From contig JAZLJB010000010.1 of assembly GCA_045617685.1 (NCBI GenBank), positions 172 to 64,171 on the forward strand: a stretch of 64,000 nucleotides of DNA, read 5' to 3'. The position numbers and the translations under genes are program-made. This DNA comes from Vescimonas sp. (GTDB lineage Bacteria; Bacillota; Clostridia; Oscillospirales; Oscillospiraceae). The notes under the pieces are model-generated. The model worked only from the letters and a program-made list of their open reading frames with translations. It ran no database searches and was not told the DNA's origin. Positions 30,521 through 40,256 of the stretch are shown here, one piece after another. Numbering within the stretch: position 1 is the stretch's first letter; the number at the start of each line of letters is the position of its first letter.

Positions 30521-31927
30521 TCAGATACCATAGCCCACTGCCAGGCCAAACAGCAACATTGCCGAGGTCAGCGCCAGGTTCATCGCCTGGAACTTCCAGG
30601 ACCACTTAAACCAATCGCCATAGCTCACATCAGCCAAGCCCAAGGAAATCAGCAGCGCTGCGTTTGTGGGATAGAACACATTGGAGAAACCATCACCAAA
30701 CGCAAATGCTACGATACATAGCTGTGCGGGAATGCCAAAGATCTGTGCCATGGGAACAATCAGTGGAATCAGCATAAATGCCTTTGCACTGCCGGAGCCA
30801 ATAAAGAAGTTCATCACCAGCACAATAAGGTAAATGAACAGAATGACCGTCCATTTCGGCATGGTCTGTGCCAAGCCAACAGCACCGTTCAAAATGGTAT
30901 CCAGAACATTGGCCGTTTCCAATGTATACTTGATGGAAGAAGCCATCAGAATCATCAGCACTGCAGGCAGCATACTGACCAAGCCATTCCAGAAGCTCTT
31001 GCCCAGTTCTTTTCCGCCCATGCCGGACACCAAGGAAGAGCTGATACCGGCGGCCAGGAACATAACGGCCACAATGATCATAGTGTAATCCTGCAGGAAG
31101 GTCAGGAAGCTGGAGCACAATACCACTACGATACCGGTGCCCAAAATCACGCTGAAGCAGGTCAACGCCTTATCCAACTTTTTGTTGGCCTCAAAGCCAT
31201 TGGTCACTTCTGCCGCCAAGGGTTTTTCCACCTTCTTGGCATGATGACGCACAAACAGCCACAACAAGCCGTAAATCAGCACAAAGCTGACAGCACGCAG
31301 CCAGATGCCGGAGAACATCGGCAAGCCCGCCAGTTCCTGAGCTACACCCACCGTAAAGGGATTACATACACCGGAAGCAAAGCCGCAGCCTACGGCCAGC
31401 AGGCTCATACCCATGCCTGTCAGGCGATCCCAGCCAAGAGAAAGGGACAGCGCCACAACGATAGGAACCAGAGGCACGCACTCTTCAAAGGAGCCAATCA
31501 ATGCGCCCAAAGCCATGAAGAACAGCATGATAATGGCCATCAGCTTATAACGCGCCTTGCCGAAGCGATATGCGATCTTATCCAGCATATACTTCATCAG
31601 GCCGCACTTTTCCAATGCGTTGAACACACCGCCGATGACCAGCAGGAAAACAATAACTGCAATCAGCGTGCCGCTGCCGGTGGCCGTCAGCACCAGAACA
31701 GGAGACAAAATCCATTTCCAAAACGGGATACCGCCCGCCACATAGGAAAATCCTGCCGCCTGATCGATCACCATATTTCCGTTTTCATCGGCAATACGGG
31801 CATAGTGTCCGCCGGGAATCACAAATGTCAAAATGTAAGTAATGACCATCAAAACAAAAATGATGGCAATGGCTGTAATGAAAGACTTAACACTTACATT
31901 CAAGCCTTTTTTCTCTTTCTGTTCCAT
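30521..31927 (-). CDS. YfcC-family (DcuC/AbgT-like) transporter
   Basis: About 12 TM segments; IPGG.Y, EECVP, NPFTVGVAQELAGLP.FSG and GDGFSN motifs. Confidence 0.85.
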   Translation of the reverse strand: MEQKEKKGLNVSVKSFITAIAIIFVLMVITYILTFVIPGGHYARIADENGNMVIDQAAGFSYVAGGIPFWKWILSPVLVLTATGSGTLIAVIVFLLVIGGVFNALEKCGLMKYMLDKIAYRFGKARYKLMAIIMLFFMALGALIGSFEECVPLVPIVVALSLSLGWDRLTGMGMSLLAVGCGFASGVCNPFTVGVAQELAGLPMFSGIWLRAVSFVLIYGLLWLFVRHHAKKVEKPLAAEVTNGFEANKKLDKALTCFSVILGTGIVVVLCSSFLTFLQDYTMIIVAVMFLAAGISSSLVSGMGGKELGKSFWNGLVSMLPAVLMILMASSIKYTLETANVLDTILNGAVGLAQTMPKWTVILFIYLIVLVMNFFIGSGSAKAFMLIPLIVPMAQIFGIPAQLCIVAFAFGDGFSNVFYPTNAALLISLGLADVSYGDWFKWSWKFQAMNLALTSAMLLFGLAVGYGI

Positions 31928-31928
31928 A

Positions 31929-33251
31929 TTACGCCTCCGTCATAATGTATTTGTAAAAATCAACTGCCGGAGCAAGACAGCTCATGTTCACATTTTCATT
32001 CAGACCATGAATGCTCTCCAACTGCTCATCATCAATAAGGAATGGAGTAAAGCGCAGGCAATTATCGCACACACGGCTTATATAGCGGCTATCGCTGGCA
32101 CCAGTCATAATATAAGGAGATGTACTCACATCGTCAAATACGGCATCCACCGCTTTCTCCACCAGCTTGAATGCCTCGCTTCGGTAATCCGAGATCGGCG
32201 ACTCAAAGCCGGGATCCAACACTTCTACATCAATGTCAAATTTCTTTGCCAGTTCTGTCACGGCAGCAATACTATCCTTGCCACCCTGATGATGGGAAAA
32301 GCGCATATTGCCAATTACCCAAGCCTCTTGCGGCAGCACATTGGTACCGTCACTGCCCTGCGCCATGGTGAAAGCCAGTGTTGTTTTCAGCATAGCACCT
32401 GCCGTACCCGAAACAGACGGCATCACCTTGGTCAGTAACGGTTTCAGCGCATCCGGATGGGACAGCACCTGCTTGAAAGCACCACTCATTTTGGTGCTCA
32501 GCCGGCGGAACATTTCAGCGATCACCGGGGACAGCTCCGCACGGAATATATTGGATTTTTCCACCGCTGCCATAAACTTACCCAGACGAACCAACGGTGT
32601 ATTTTTGCCGGGAGTGGACGCATGACCACCATTACTGCGGGCAATAAACTTCAGATCTGCGCAGCCTTTTTCGCCAACACCCACCATTGCAAAAGTGCCG
32701 TCTGCACCGCCGATGGGATCGTACATGATCATGCCGCCCTCATCAAGACTCATGAAAAAGTGGATGCCACGCTCTTGCAATGTCTTGGAAATTGTATCGC
32801 AGCCGGTGCCATCCGTTTCCTCCGTGCAAGCGGATTCAAAGTACACATCCCGATTGGGTACAAAGCCGCTTTCCGCCAGTTCATCGGCTGCCTGCAGCAT
32901 TCCCCACAAGCCGCCTTTCGTATCCAATGTACCGCGGCCCCAGACCTTATCGTCGGTAATGTCGCCGGAAAACGGATCATGGCTCCATTCACCCGGAGCC
33001 TCCACCACATCGTGATGATTCATGAATAAAACAGGTTCTTTGCTGCTGTCTTTGCCAGGCCAGCGCAGCAGAAAGCTGCCATCAAAGTCCTCAAATTCAC
33101 TCACAGCAAAAATGTGCGGAAAACACTCTCGGAGCAAATCATGGAAACCGTAAAACTTGCTCTTATCCGCTTGATGAAATGTTGAAATTGTTTCAAACTG
33201 AATCAAGCGGGACAGCGTTTTTGCATAGCGCATTGTTCTTTCGTCTGTCAT
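31929..33251 (-). CDS. M20 family peptidase (carboxypeptidase S-like)
   Basis: HHDVV, WGRGTLDTK, EE, DEGG, GGHAS and IHGLNEN motifs. Confidence 0.9.
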   Translation of the reverse strand: MTDERTMRYAKTLSRLIQFETISTFHQADKSKFYGFHDLLRECFPHIFAVSEFEDFDGSFLLRWPGKDSSKEPVLFMNHHDVVEAPGEWSHDPFSGDITDDKVWGRGTLDTKGGLWGMLQAADELAESGFVPNRDVYFESACTEETDGTGCDTISKTLQERGIHFFMSLDEGGMIMYDPIGGADGTFAMVGVGEKGCADLKFIARSNGGHASTPGKNTPLVRLGKFMAAVEKSNIFRAELSPVIAEMFRRLSTKMSGAFKQVLSHPDALKPLLTKVMPSVSGTAGAMLKTTLAFTMAQGSDGTNVLPQEAWVIGNMRFSHHQGGKDSIAAVTELAKKFDIDVEVLDPGFESPISDYRSEAFKLVEKAVDAVFDDVSTSPYIMTGASDSRYISRVCDNCLRFTPFLIDDEQLESIHGLNENVNMSCLAPAVDFYKYIMTEA

Positions 33252-33313
33252 CTTCACACATCCTTTTCAGGTGGCGTAGTGTTTAGACTCTTTGCCACCT
33301 TATTTATGTTATT

Positions 33314-33350
33314 ATTATACCGCAAAAAGTGTGGCAAAAGTGTGGCAAAA
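33314..33350 (-). promoter_or_regulatory. -10 box plus two 11-bp-spaced TTGCCACAC direct repeats (probable activator site)
   Basis: AAAAGTGTGGC at 33325-33335 and 33336-33346; TATAAT at 33319-33314; no correctly spaced -35. Confidence 0.6.
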
Positions 33351-33383
33351 AATAATTCGGACCGATAAACAGCCCGAATTATG

Positions 33384-34160
33384 TTATATCTTAGCCAACG
33401 CAGCATTTGTCAGTTCGCTCCAGCTATACTGCGCCATATATTCACCGTGATAGGCATTGATCGCCGCCAGGTCACCCTGCTGCCAACGAAAATAGTCGCA
33501 ATCCACCTGCTGAGGCACAATAGCCAGCTTTCCCCATTGCTGCACCACGGCATTGCTGCAGGAAAACCGTTTCAGCGTGTCCACCAGATCCTTGCGCAGG
33601 CTCCGCAGGTAGGCACTATGATCATCATCCTCCCAAAGTGCCGCCATGATCTCACCGTTGGTACAAAGCGCACCGCTGCGATCCACCAAATATGCCAGCA
33701 GCTCCTTCGTCTTGCTATACTTGAAAGCCAACGGTTTGCCGGCCACAAACACTTCAAAGTTTCCAAAGCATTGAATACGCATCATATCACCCACTGCCCG
33801 TTCCACGGGATAGCGCAAATTCTCCAGTGCTGTCCGCACTTTCTCCGCTGTGATCGGCTTAAGCAGATAGCCGCTGGCATTCATGTCCATGGCATCAAGC
33901 GCATAATCGCCGTATCCTGTGGAAAACACAATGTTGATCCTGGGATAACGCAATTTCAATTCCCGGCCTAAGGTAATACCGTCCAGACCCTGCATCTGGA
34001 TATCCAAAAAAGCAATATCACACGCATGGGACTCAGCAAATCGCAAGGCCTCCGATGCTTTTTGAAATGTATAAATGGCGGCATCCGGCACGATTTCTTC
34101 GATGGATTCACGGAGCCGTTTCAGCGCCAAGCTCTCGTCATCCACTGCCAGTATCATCAT
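33384..34160 (-). CDS. Response regulator (REC plus SARP-like wHTH output)
   Basis: VDDE, FLDIQM and YLLKP receiver motifs; CFGNFEV, KTKELLAYL and YHGEYM output motifs. Confidence 0.9.
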   Translation of the reverse strand: MMILAVDDESLALKRLRESIEEIVPDAAIYTFQKASEALRFAESHACDIAFLDIQMQGLDGITLGRELKLRYPRINIVFSTGYGDYALDAMDMNASGYLLKPITAEKVRTALENLRYPVERAVGDMMRIQCFGNFEVFVAGKPLAFKYSKTKELLAYLVDRSGALCTNGEIMAALWEDDDHSAYLRSLRKDLVDTLKRFSCSNAVVQQWGKLAIVPQQVDCDYFRWQQGDLAAINAYHGEYMAQYSWSELTNAALAKI

Positions 34161-35425
34161 AAGCGCTCCTCCTTTGGAATACAGATCGTCGCCACTGTGC
34201 CGACATCAGGGGTACTGTCAATACGCAACTCCCCACGGCTCATAAGCTGCAATCGCTCTGCCACATTTTCAATTCCTATATGCGTCTTATCGTCCTCTAT
34301 CGGTCGGTCCGGATCAAATCCTACCCCATTGTCCGACACAACCACCGTATAGCATTCCGGTTCTTCATACGCAGCAATCGTTACCGTACCGCCGTTTTCC
34401 CGCTGACAAATGCCGTGCTTTACCGCATTTTCCACCAACGGCTGCACCGATAGTGCCGGAATACAGAACTGTGTGCATTTGATATCATACTCCACTTTCA
34501 GCCGATCCCCAAAGCGCATCTGTTCCATCCGCAAATAGGTCTGGATATGCTTTAATTCCTCGTCGAACGGGACGGGAGTCTTTTTCTTCAGGGAGTCCAG
34601 ATTCATACGCAAATAAGTAGCAAAGTCATCAATGGCCTTGCGGGCTAACTGCGGATCATCACCGCATAGCTGATAGATTGAGTTCAGCGAATTATACAGA
34701 AAGTGCGGTTGGATCTGTGATATCATAATCTGCGTGCGGCTATCGGATAATTCCGCCTCACGCTGTGCTAAGCGCATATTCTGTTCCACATTGATCATGC
34801 TGTACAATAGCAGCACCGAAATGGTTACCGCCGGATATAGCAGTGAGCAGGAAATATATCGATCGATCACCAGAGCCAATAGCGGAACGATTCCGTACGA
34901 TAGCCAGACCAGCGTATCCGTGGTGCCAAATTTACGGCAGTTTTTCAGCACAATCACCATATCCACAACGATAAATACTTCGCCGCCCAGCTGGCTTAGC
35001 CAGTGGAGCTCTGTGTAGTGAAACACGGCATTACCGTCCAAATAGTAGAACATTCCATTGGACATAGACAGCGCCCAGGCCGCCACTGTCACCAAACAGA
35101 TTGTCGGCACAAAAACATGGGAGTAACGAATCGACAACCCGTGATGCTCTCGAAGATAGGAACACAGATAATAATGGAAAAAGGCAATATCCACCATCAA
35201 AAATACTTCATCCGCGATCCAAAGCGTTTTCAAAAGCAACAGTTGATCCGGATGTTGCTGCAGCAGCCATGTTCCGGCATCGATGACCAATAGCAGAAAA
35301 TGCGAACATAGCAGGCCGCAGAAGTAGGGTTTTGTTCGTGCATCTTGTTTGCGGCGCAGCGTAGCAAGAAGTAGTACCGCCACCACCAGGGCAGCAAACC
35401 CGTCCATCATGGCATTGATATACAT
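34157..35425 (-). CDS. LytS-family sensor histidine kinase
   Basis: About 7 TM segments; SQIQPHFLYNSLNSI, QPLVENAVKHG, DNGVG and IGIENV motifs. Confidence 0.93.
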   Translation of the reverse strand: MYINAMMDGFAALVVAVLLLATLRRKQDARTKPYFCGLLCSHFLLLVIDAGTWLLQQHPDQLLLLKTLWIADEVFLMVDIAFFHYYLCSYLREHHGLSIRYSHVFVPTICLVTVAAWALSMSNGMFYYLDGNAVFHYTELHWLSQLGGEVFIVVDMVIVLKNCRKFGTTDTLVWLSYGIVPLLALVIDRYISCSLLYPAVTISVLLLYSMINVEQNMRLAQREAELSDSRTQIMISQIQPHFLYNSLNSIYQLCGDDPQLARKAIDDFATYLRMNLDSLKKKTPVPFDEELKHIQTYLRMEQMRFGDRLKVEYDIKCTQFCIPALSVQPLVENAVKHGICQRENGGTVTIAAYEEPECYTVVVSDNGVGFDPDRPIEDDKTHIGIENVAERLQLMSRGELRIDSTPDVGTVATICIPKEERL

Positions 35426-35426
35426 C

Positions 35427-35642
35427 TTACTCCTCCTCGCTTGCGTATTTCAGCAAATCCCCCGGTTCACAGCTCAGCGCCTCACAGATGGCACTCAAAG
35501 TGGAAAAGCGAATGGCATTCACTCGGTTATTCTTGATTTTGGACAAATTTACATTAGTAATCCCCACTCGTTCCGCCAATTCGTTCAGCGATATATGCCG
35601 TTTCGCCATCATCACATCTAATTCCAACACGATCTTTCCCAT
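35427..35642 (-). CDS. XRE/Cro-C1 regulator, YozG-like
   Basis: LDVMMAKR, ELAERVGIT..NLS.IK and AIRFSTL.AICEAL.CEPGDLL motifs. Confidence 0.92.
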   Translation of the reverse strand: MGKIVLELDVMMAKRHISLNELAERVGITNVNLSKIKNNRVNAIRFSTLSAICEALSCEPGDLLKYASEEE

Positions 35643-35678
35643 ACGCACCCCTTGCAGCAATTTCCTTGCCTCACAACA

Positions 35679-35752
35679 TTATCGTTTATCGATAAAACTA
35701 TGTTATCACATGATTTTATATCTGTCAATCTGTTTTTATCGTTTATCATTAA
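35679..35752 (-). promoter_or_regulatory. Promoter flanked by two palindromic operators
   Basis: TTATCGTTTATCGATAA (35679) and TTATCGTTTATCATTAA (35736) flank TTGACA-N17-TAACAT (35728-35700). Confidence 0.7.
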
Positions 35753-35821
35753 AATAGTGGTCAATACGATAATATCACCCCGCATCAAACAGATGCGGGG
35801 TGATGCTGCTTTGTATCTTCT

Positions 35822-37825
35822 TTATTTCGCCTTGATATAGTCCACCGTGCTATATGCAGAGGTTGCTGCGCTGTTGGCATTTATGGCTTTGACCTTATAA
35901 TAATAGGTTTTGCCCGCTTTCGCAGTCTTGTCGGTATAGCTTCTGCTTGTAGGTTTACCTATTATACTGTATGAGCCGCTCTTACTGGTGGCACGGTAGA
36001 CATAGTATTTTGTGGCTTTATCTACCGCTGCCCAGCTGAGTTTGGGATGACCATTTGACAATTGAATGCTCACATTCGGTCTTGCGCAATCGCAGGTACG
36101 ACTCACCACAGCGCTGTATGCAGAATTTCCATCTGTATTTGCACAAATTGCCTTAACCCTATAGTAATAAGTTTTACCCGCCGTCGCAGTCTTGTCGGTA
36201 TAGCTCGTGCCGGGGGTTGAATCAAGTGGTGTATACTTTCCGCTCTTGCTGGTGGCACGATAGATGCAGTATTTCTCTGCGCCGGCTATGGCACTCCAGC
36301 TAACCTTATTCTTTCCGGTAGATGCAATGTTGCTTACCTTAATGACAGGTCTGGCGCAATCGCAAACGCGGTAAACAATATTGCTGTATGTACTTTTGAT
36401 ATTGTCCGCTGTTGCAGTCTTGATCTTATAGTAGTATCTTGTGCCTGCTTTCGCAGTCTTATCGGTATAGCTTGTATCCGCGGTAGACCAAAGCTGCTTA
36501 TAAGTACCGCTCTTGCTGGTAGCACGGTAGATATAGTATTTCTCTGCACCGGCTACTGCGCCCCAACTAAGTACCGGCTTGCCGCTTGTAGTGTTATTGG
36601 TTACAGTGACCTTCGGTGCGGCTACAGAATAATCCGTTTTATAGCTGTAGCCACACAGCGTGCAGGTATGTTTCGTATAGCCTTTTGCTTTTGCCGTAGG
36701 CGCTGTAACTGTAGTTGTGTACTGATGGCCGAGTTTCGCCAGTTCTTCTGTTTTTGTAGCATTACACGCCGTGCAGGTATAAAGCTTTACACCGGTTTTC
36801 TTGCATGTCGGTGCTGTTGTGATTTCGCCTTGATTCCATTCGTGTGTTGAGTGTGCAGCATAGCTGATTTCCGCCATTGGATATGCGGCATAAAATGCAT
36901 TGCTGCAATACGTTTCCCATCTGCTATGCCCGTCAAAGTCATTATCATTCAGAAGGAAATAATCGTAGTTTTCGGGCTTTTTTCCGGCGTCCCAGGTGCT
37001 GTCCACATTGTAATAAAGATTGCCGAGTTCAACAATATTCCATGCGTGGGCACCACCGGAAGTATCTCCGGGAATGAGTCGGCAGTCTACGCCCTCCTGC
37101 AAGAGCATTCGATACAGCAATGCCGCATAACCCTGACACACCGATGTACCGTTCATCAATGCGGCATACGCTGTGTACTTCAGCGTATAATCTTCATCTT
37201 CAAGATTGCCATAATCATATGTAACATGGGCGCAGATATAGTCGTATATCGTCTTTATCTTTTCATATTCTGTGGTATCAGCGGTAAATTGAAAGCTATC
37301 CAACACCTCGTTGACCCGATTCGAAAGCGCATTCTCCTGCTCAGCAGTGGTATAGTATACGCACTCAAAGGTAACCTTGTTATAATAGGTATCATCGACC
37401 TTCTCTCTACTTACCGCTTCTCCCCATCCCATATAAGACCAACGGATATAGTCTCCCTGCGTGGGAACACCGGTTTCAGCCAGTGCCGCATCAAAAATGT
37501 CATCGCTGGGATTATCGGAGTCCGTTGTTGCATAGTACACGGTAACCTGCTCCTGACGGGACTCCATTGCCTTACGCAAAATGGCAGCCGCATCTTCCAG
37601 ATTTGTCAAATACTCCGGGCTCTCTGCAGCTAAAAGGCGAGGTGCTTTTTTTGCAGAAGATTTTTGGACAGAAGAAACAATATCCTCCTCCGTTATGACA
37701 TCACGGTATAGCGGATTAACATGAACTTCTTTATAGCTATTCGTATCTACAGCAAAAGCCCCTGTGGGCAGGATTGACAGTAGCATGAATAGGGAGAGAA
37801 TTGCACAAATAATTCTTTTTTTCAT
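35822..37825 (-). CDS. Secreted transglutaminase-like protein with Cys/His repeats and three FN3-like repeats
   Basis: Signal peptide; VCQGYA, HAWN and VDSTWD triad motifs; three YRATSKSG.Y...SYTDKTA..G..YYY repeats. Confidence 0.85.
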   Translation of the reverse strand: MKKRIICAILSLFMLLSILPTGAFAVDTNSYKEVHVNPLYRDVITEEDIVSSVQKSSAKKAPRLLAAESPEYLTNLEDAAAILRKAMESRQEQVTVYYATTDSDNPSDDIFDAALAETGVPTQGDYIRWSYMGWGEAVSREKVDDTYYNKVTFECVYYTTAEQENALSNRVNEVLDSFQFTADTTEYEKIKTIYDYICAHVTYDYGNLEDEDYTLKYTAYAALMNGTSVCQGYAALLYRMLLQEGVDCRLIPGDTSGGAHAWNIVELGNLYYNVDSTWDAGKKPENYDYFLLNDNDFDGHSRWETYCSNAFYAAYPMAEISYAAHSTHEWNQGEITTAPTCKKTGVKLYTCTACNATKTEELAKLGHQYTTTVTAPTAKAKGYTKHTCTLCGYSYKTDYSVAAPKVTVTNNTTSGKPVLSWGAVAGAEKYYIYRATSKSGTYKQLWSTADTSYTDKTAKAGTRYYYKIKTATADNIKSTYSNIVYRVCDCARPVIKVSNIASTGKNKVSWSAIAGAEKYCIYRATSKSGKYTPLDSTPGTSYTDKTATAGKTYYYRVKAICANTDGNSAYSAVVSRTCDCARPNVSIQLSNGHPKLSWAAVDKATKYYVYRATSKSGSYSIIGKPTSRSYTDKTAKAGKTYYYKVKAINANSAATSAYSTVDYIKAK
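35830..36620 (-). repeat. Three intragenic FN3-like repeats (~265 bp period)
   Basis: CCGCTCTT(A/G)CTGGT(G/A)GCACG recurs near 35976, 36240 and 36507. Confidence 0.8.
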
Positions 37826-37916
37826 CGTAATTATCTCCTATTTCTCCAAATTGCCTTTTTCCATTATACATTATACAAAAAAGTTTCCGTATATTCAATC
37901 ACTTAAATTGACTTAG

Positions 37917-37967
37917 ATGATATAAAAAAGCACCTGTTTTCATAAAACAGGTGCTTTTTTATATCAT
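37917..37967. terminator. 24-bp perfect inverted repeat, terminator after tRNA-Ala
   Basis: ATGATATAAAAAAGCACCTGTTTT-CAT-AAAACAGGTGCTTTTTTATATCAT. Confidence 0.85.
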
Positions 37968-37978
37968 TTGCTGACTTT

Positions 37979-38054
<76 letters not shown>

Positions 38055-38287
38055 AAATATTTCATTATCTATTGCTGTCGACTTAATTAGTATACCTCGT
38101 CAGGAAAAGAATGTCAAGCACAATTTTGTACTTTCTTTCTCTTTTTTGATTCTTCCCGCTTTTGGCAAGAATTACCGCTACAGAATTGTCCCAAAATCAC
38201 TCCAAAATACGCTGTATTTCTTGCTTTTTCATACACGAAGTGGTAGAATGTCAGTAATTGTGATATTTTGTGGAAGGGGTCTATTCT

Positions 38288-40207
38288 ATGAAGCGTATCA
38301 AGTCATTTTTCATCCCACAGCGGATAATTCCACTTCTTCTTGATATTTTATTATTGGTTGCAATCAGCGCTTTGGTCCTATGGATACGATTTGATTTTTC
38401 GGTTGACCAGATCCCCAATATATATAAGGAAAACTGGCTCTTAATGCAACCAATTCAAATCATCGTTACCATTGCCGTCTTTATTCCTTTTGGAATGTAT
38501 CATTTTATATGGCGCACAGTGGGCCTGTATGAAGTCATCCGCATGGTCCCCCCCATTATCATCGCTTTCATACTGTCGTACGCTCTGTCTGCCCTGTTCG
38601 GATGTTCCTTCCCCATGAGCAGTGCATTCATCATGCTGATTTTAGAATTGGTCCTTTTGTCCGGCATGCGCTGCAGCCTGCATCTGTATTCCGAATTTTG
38701 CGTCTGGTGGAACTGGCAGCGCCATCCTTCCAGTGAACGCATTATGCTGATCGGTGCCGGAGCCGCCGGTCAAATGTTGCTGCAGGAAATGCGGCATAGC
38801 GGAAGAATCAGCGGTAAGGTTTGCTGTATTGTCGACGATAACCCCACAAAATGGAACAATCATATTGGCGGAATCCGTGTTTATGGCGGACGAGATCAGA
38901 TTGCTTCCATTGCAAAGCAGGAGCATATCACCCAAATCATTTTGGCCATGCCATCTGCTTCTCCTAAGCAGCTTCAGGAGCTTCTGCAGATTTGTAATGC
39001 CACAGGCTGCAAGGTGAAAAAACTTCCGGGCATTTATCAATTTGTGAACGGACAAGCCCATCTTGCCGATGTACAGGATGTACAAATCGAGGACCTGCTG
39101 GGGCGTGATCCGGTACAGCTGGATGCTTACGCCGTGAAAGACTTTATCCAAAGCAAGGTCGTTATGGTCACCGGCGGAGGCGGTTCTATCGGCAGCGAAT
39201 TATGCCGACAGATTGCCACACATCACCCGCAAAAACTCATCATTTTAGATATCTACGAAAACAACGCTTATGATATCCAGCAGGAGCTGCGCAGAACCTA
39301 CGGTGATTCACTGAATCTCCAAGTGGAAATTGCCTCTATTCGTGACAAAGCAAAAATTGAAGATCTATTTGCTCTATACCGTCCCGATATCGTCTTCCAT
39401 GCCGCCGCACACAAGCATGTTCCTCTGATGGAAAATTGCCCCACTGAGGCAATTAAGAATAATGTCTTCGGCACATACCATGTAGTCCGTGCGGCAGAAA
39501 AGTATAAAGTCAAGAAATTCGTCATGATTTCTACCGACAAGGCGGTCAATCCCACGAATATTATGGGCGCCACAAAGCGTTTCTGTGAAATGATCTTGCA
39601 AAGCAGGTATGATTCCACCACTGAATTCTGCGCCGTTCGATTTGGCAATGTACTGGGTTCCAACGGCTCGGTCGTCCCCCTATTCAAGCGGCAAATTGCT
39701 AACGGTGGGCCTGTCACCATTACCGACAAACGGATTATTCGTTACTTTATGACCATACCTGAGGCAGCGCAATTGGTGCTGGAAGCCGGCTCTATGGCAC
39801 AGCGTAACCAGATTTTCGTGTTGGATATGGGTGAGCCGGTCAAGATTTTGGATCTGGCTGAAAACCTGATCCGCTTGAGCGGTTTGGAGCCATATCGTGA
39901 TATTCAAATCAAAGAAATCGGCTTGCGACCCGGTGAAAAGCTGTACGAGGAATTGCTGATGTCCAGCAACGATTTAAGTGCCACCGCTAACAAAAAAATC
40001 TTTGTGGAACAGCAACAGCAAATTGATCACGAAGTAATCATGGATGCTCTGGTGCAATTGGATGAGGCCATCACTTCCAAGGTACCCTCTGCCGATTTGA
40101 TCGCTTTGATGAAAGAGTTTGTTCCTACTTATCACGATCCCAGTGAAGTGAATAAAACTGTTGATTTACATACGGACTCATCGGAAAAAGAGAATATTCA
40201 TCAATAA
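38288..40207 (+). CDS. CapD/PglF-like membrane-bound UDP-GlcNAc 4,6-dehydratase
   Basis: Four N-terminal TM segments; GAGAAG, IEDLLGR, TGGGGSIGSE, HAAAHKHVP, STDKAV and RFGNVLGS motifs. Confidence 0.93.
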   Translation: MKRIKSFFIPQRIIPLLLDILLLVAISALVLWIRFDFSVDQIPNIYKENWLLMQPIQIIVTIAVFIPFGMYHFIWRTVGLYEVIRMVPPIIIAFILSYALSALFGCSFPMSSAFIMLILELVLLSGMRCSLHLYSEFCVWWNWQRHPSSERIMLIGAGAAGQMLLQEMRHSGRISGKVCCIVDDNPTKWNNHIGGIRVYGGRDQIASIAKQEHITQIILAMPSASPKQLQELLQICNATGCKVKKLPGIYQFVNGQAHLADVQDVQIEDLLGRDPVQLDAYAVKDFIQSKVVMVTGGGGSIGSELCRQIATHHPQKLIILDIYENNAYDIQQELRRTYGDSLNLQVEIASIRDKAKIEDLFALYRPDIVFHAAAHKHVPLMENCPTEAIKNNVFGTYHVVRAAEKYKVKKFVMISTDKAVNPTNIMGATKRFCEMILQSRYDSTTEFCAVRFGNVLGSNGSVVPLFKRQIANGGPVTITDKRIIRYFMTIPEAAQLVLEAGSMAQRNQIFVLDMGEPVKILDLAENLIRLSGLEPYRDIQIKEIGLRPGEKLYEELLMSSNDLSATANKKIFVEQQQQIDHEVIMDALVQLDEAITSKVPSADLIALMKEFVPTYHDPSEVNKTVDLHTDSSEKENIHQ

Positions 40208-40256
40208 AACAAAAGAGGCGTTCTAAAAGAACGCCTCTTTTGTTTTATTACTTCTA

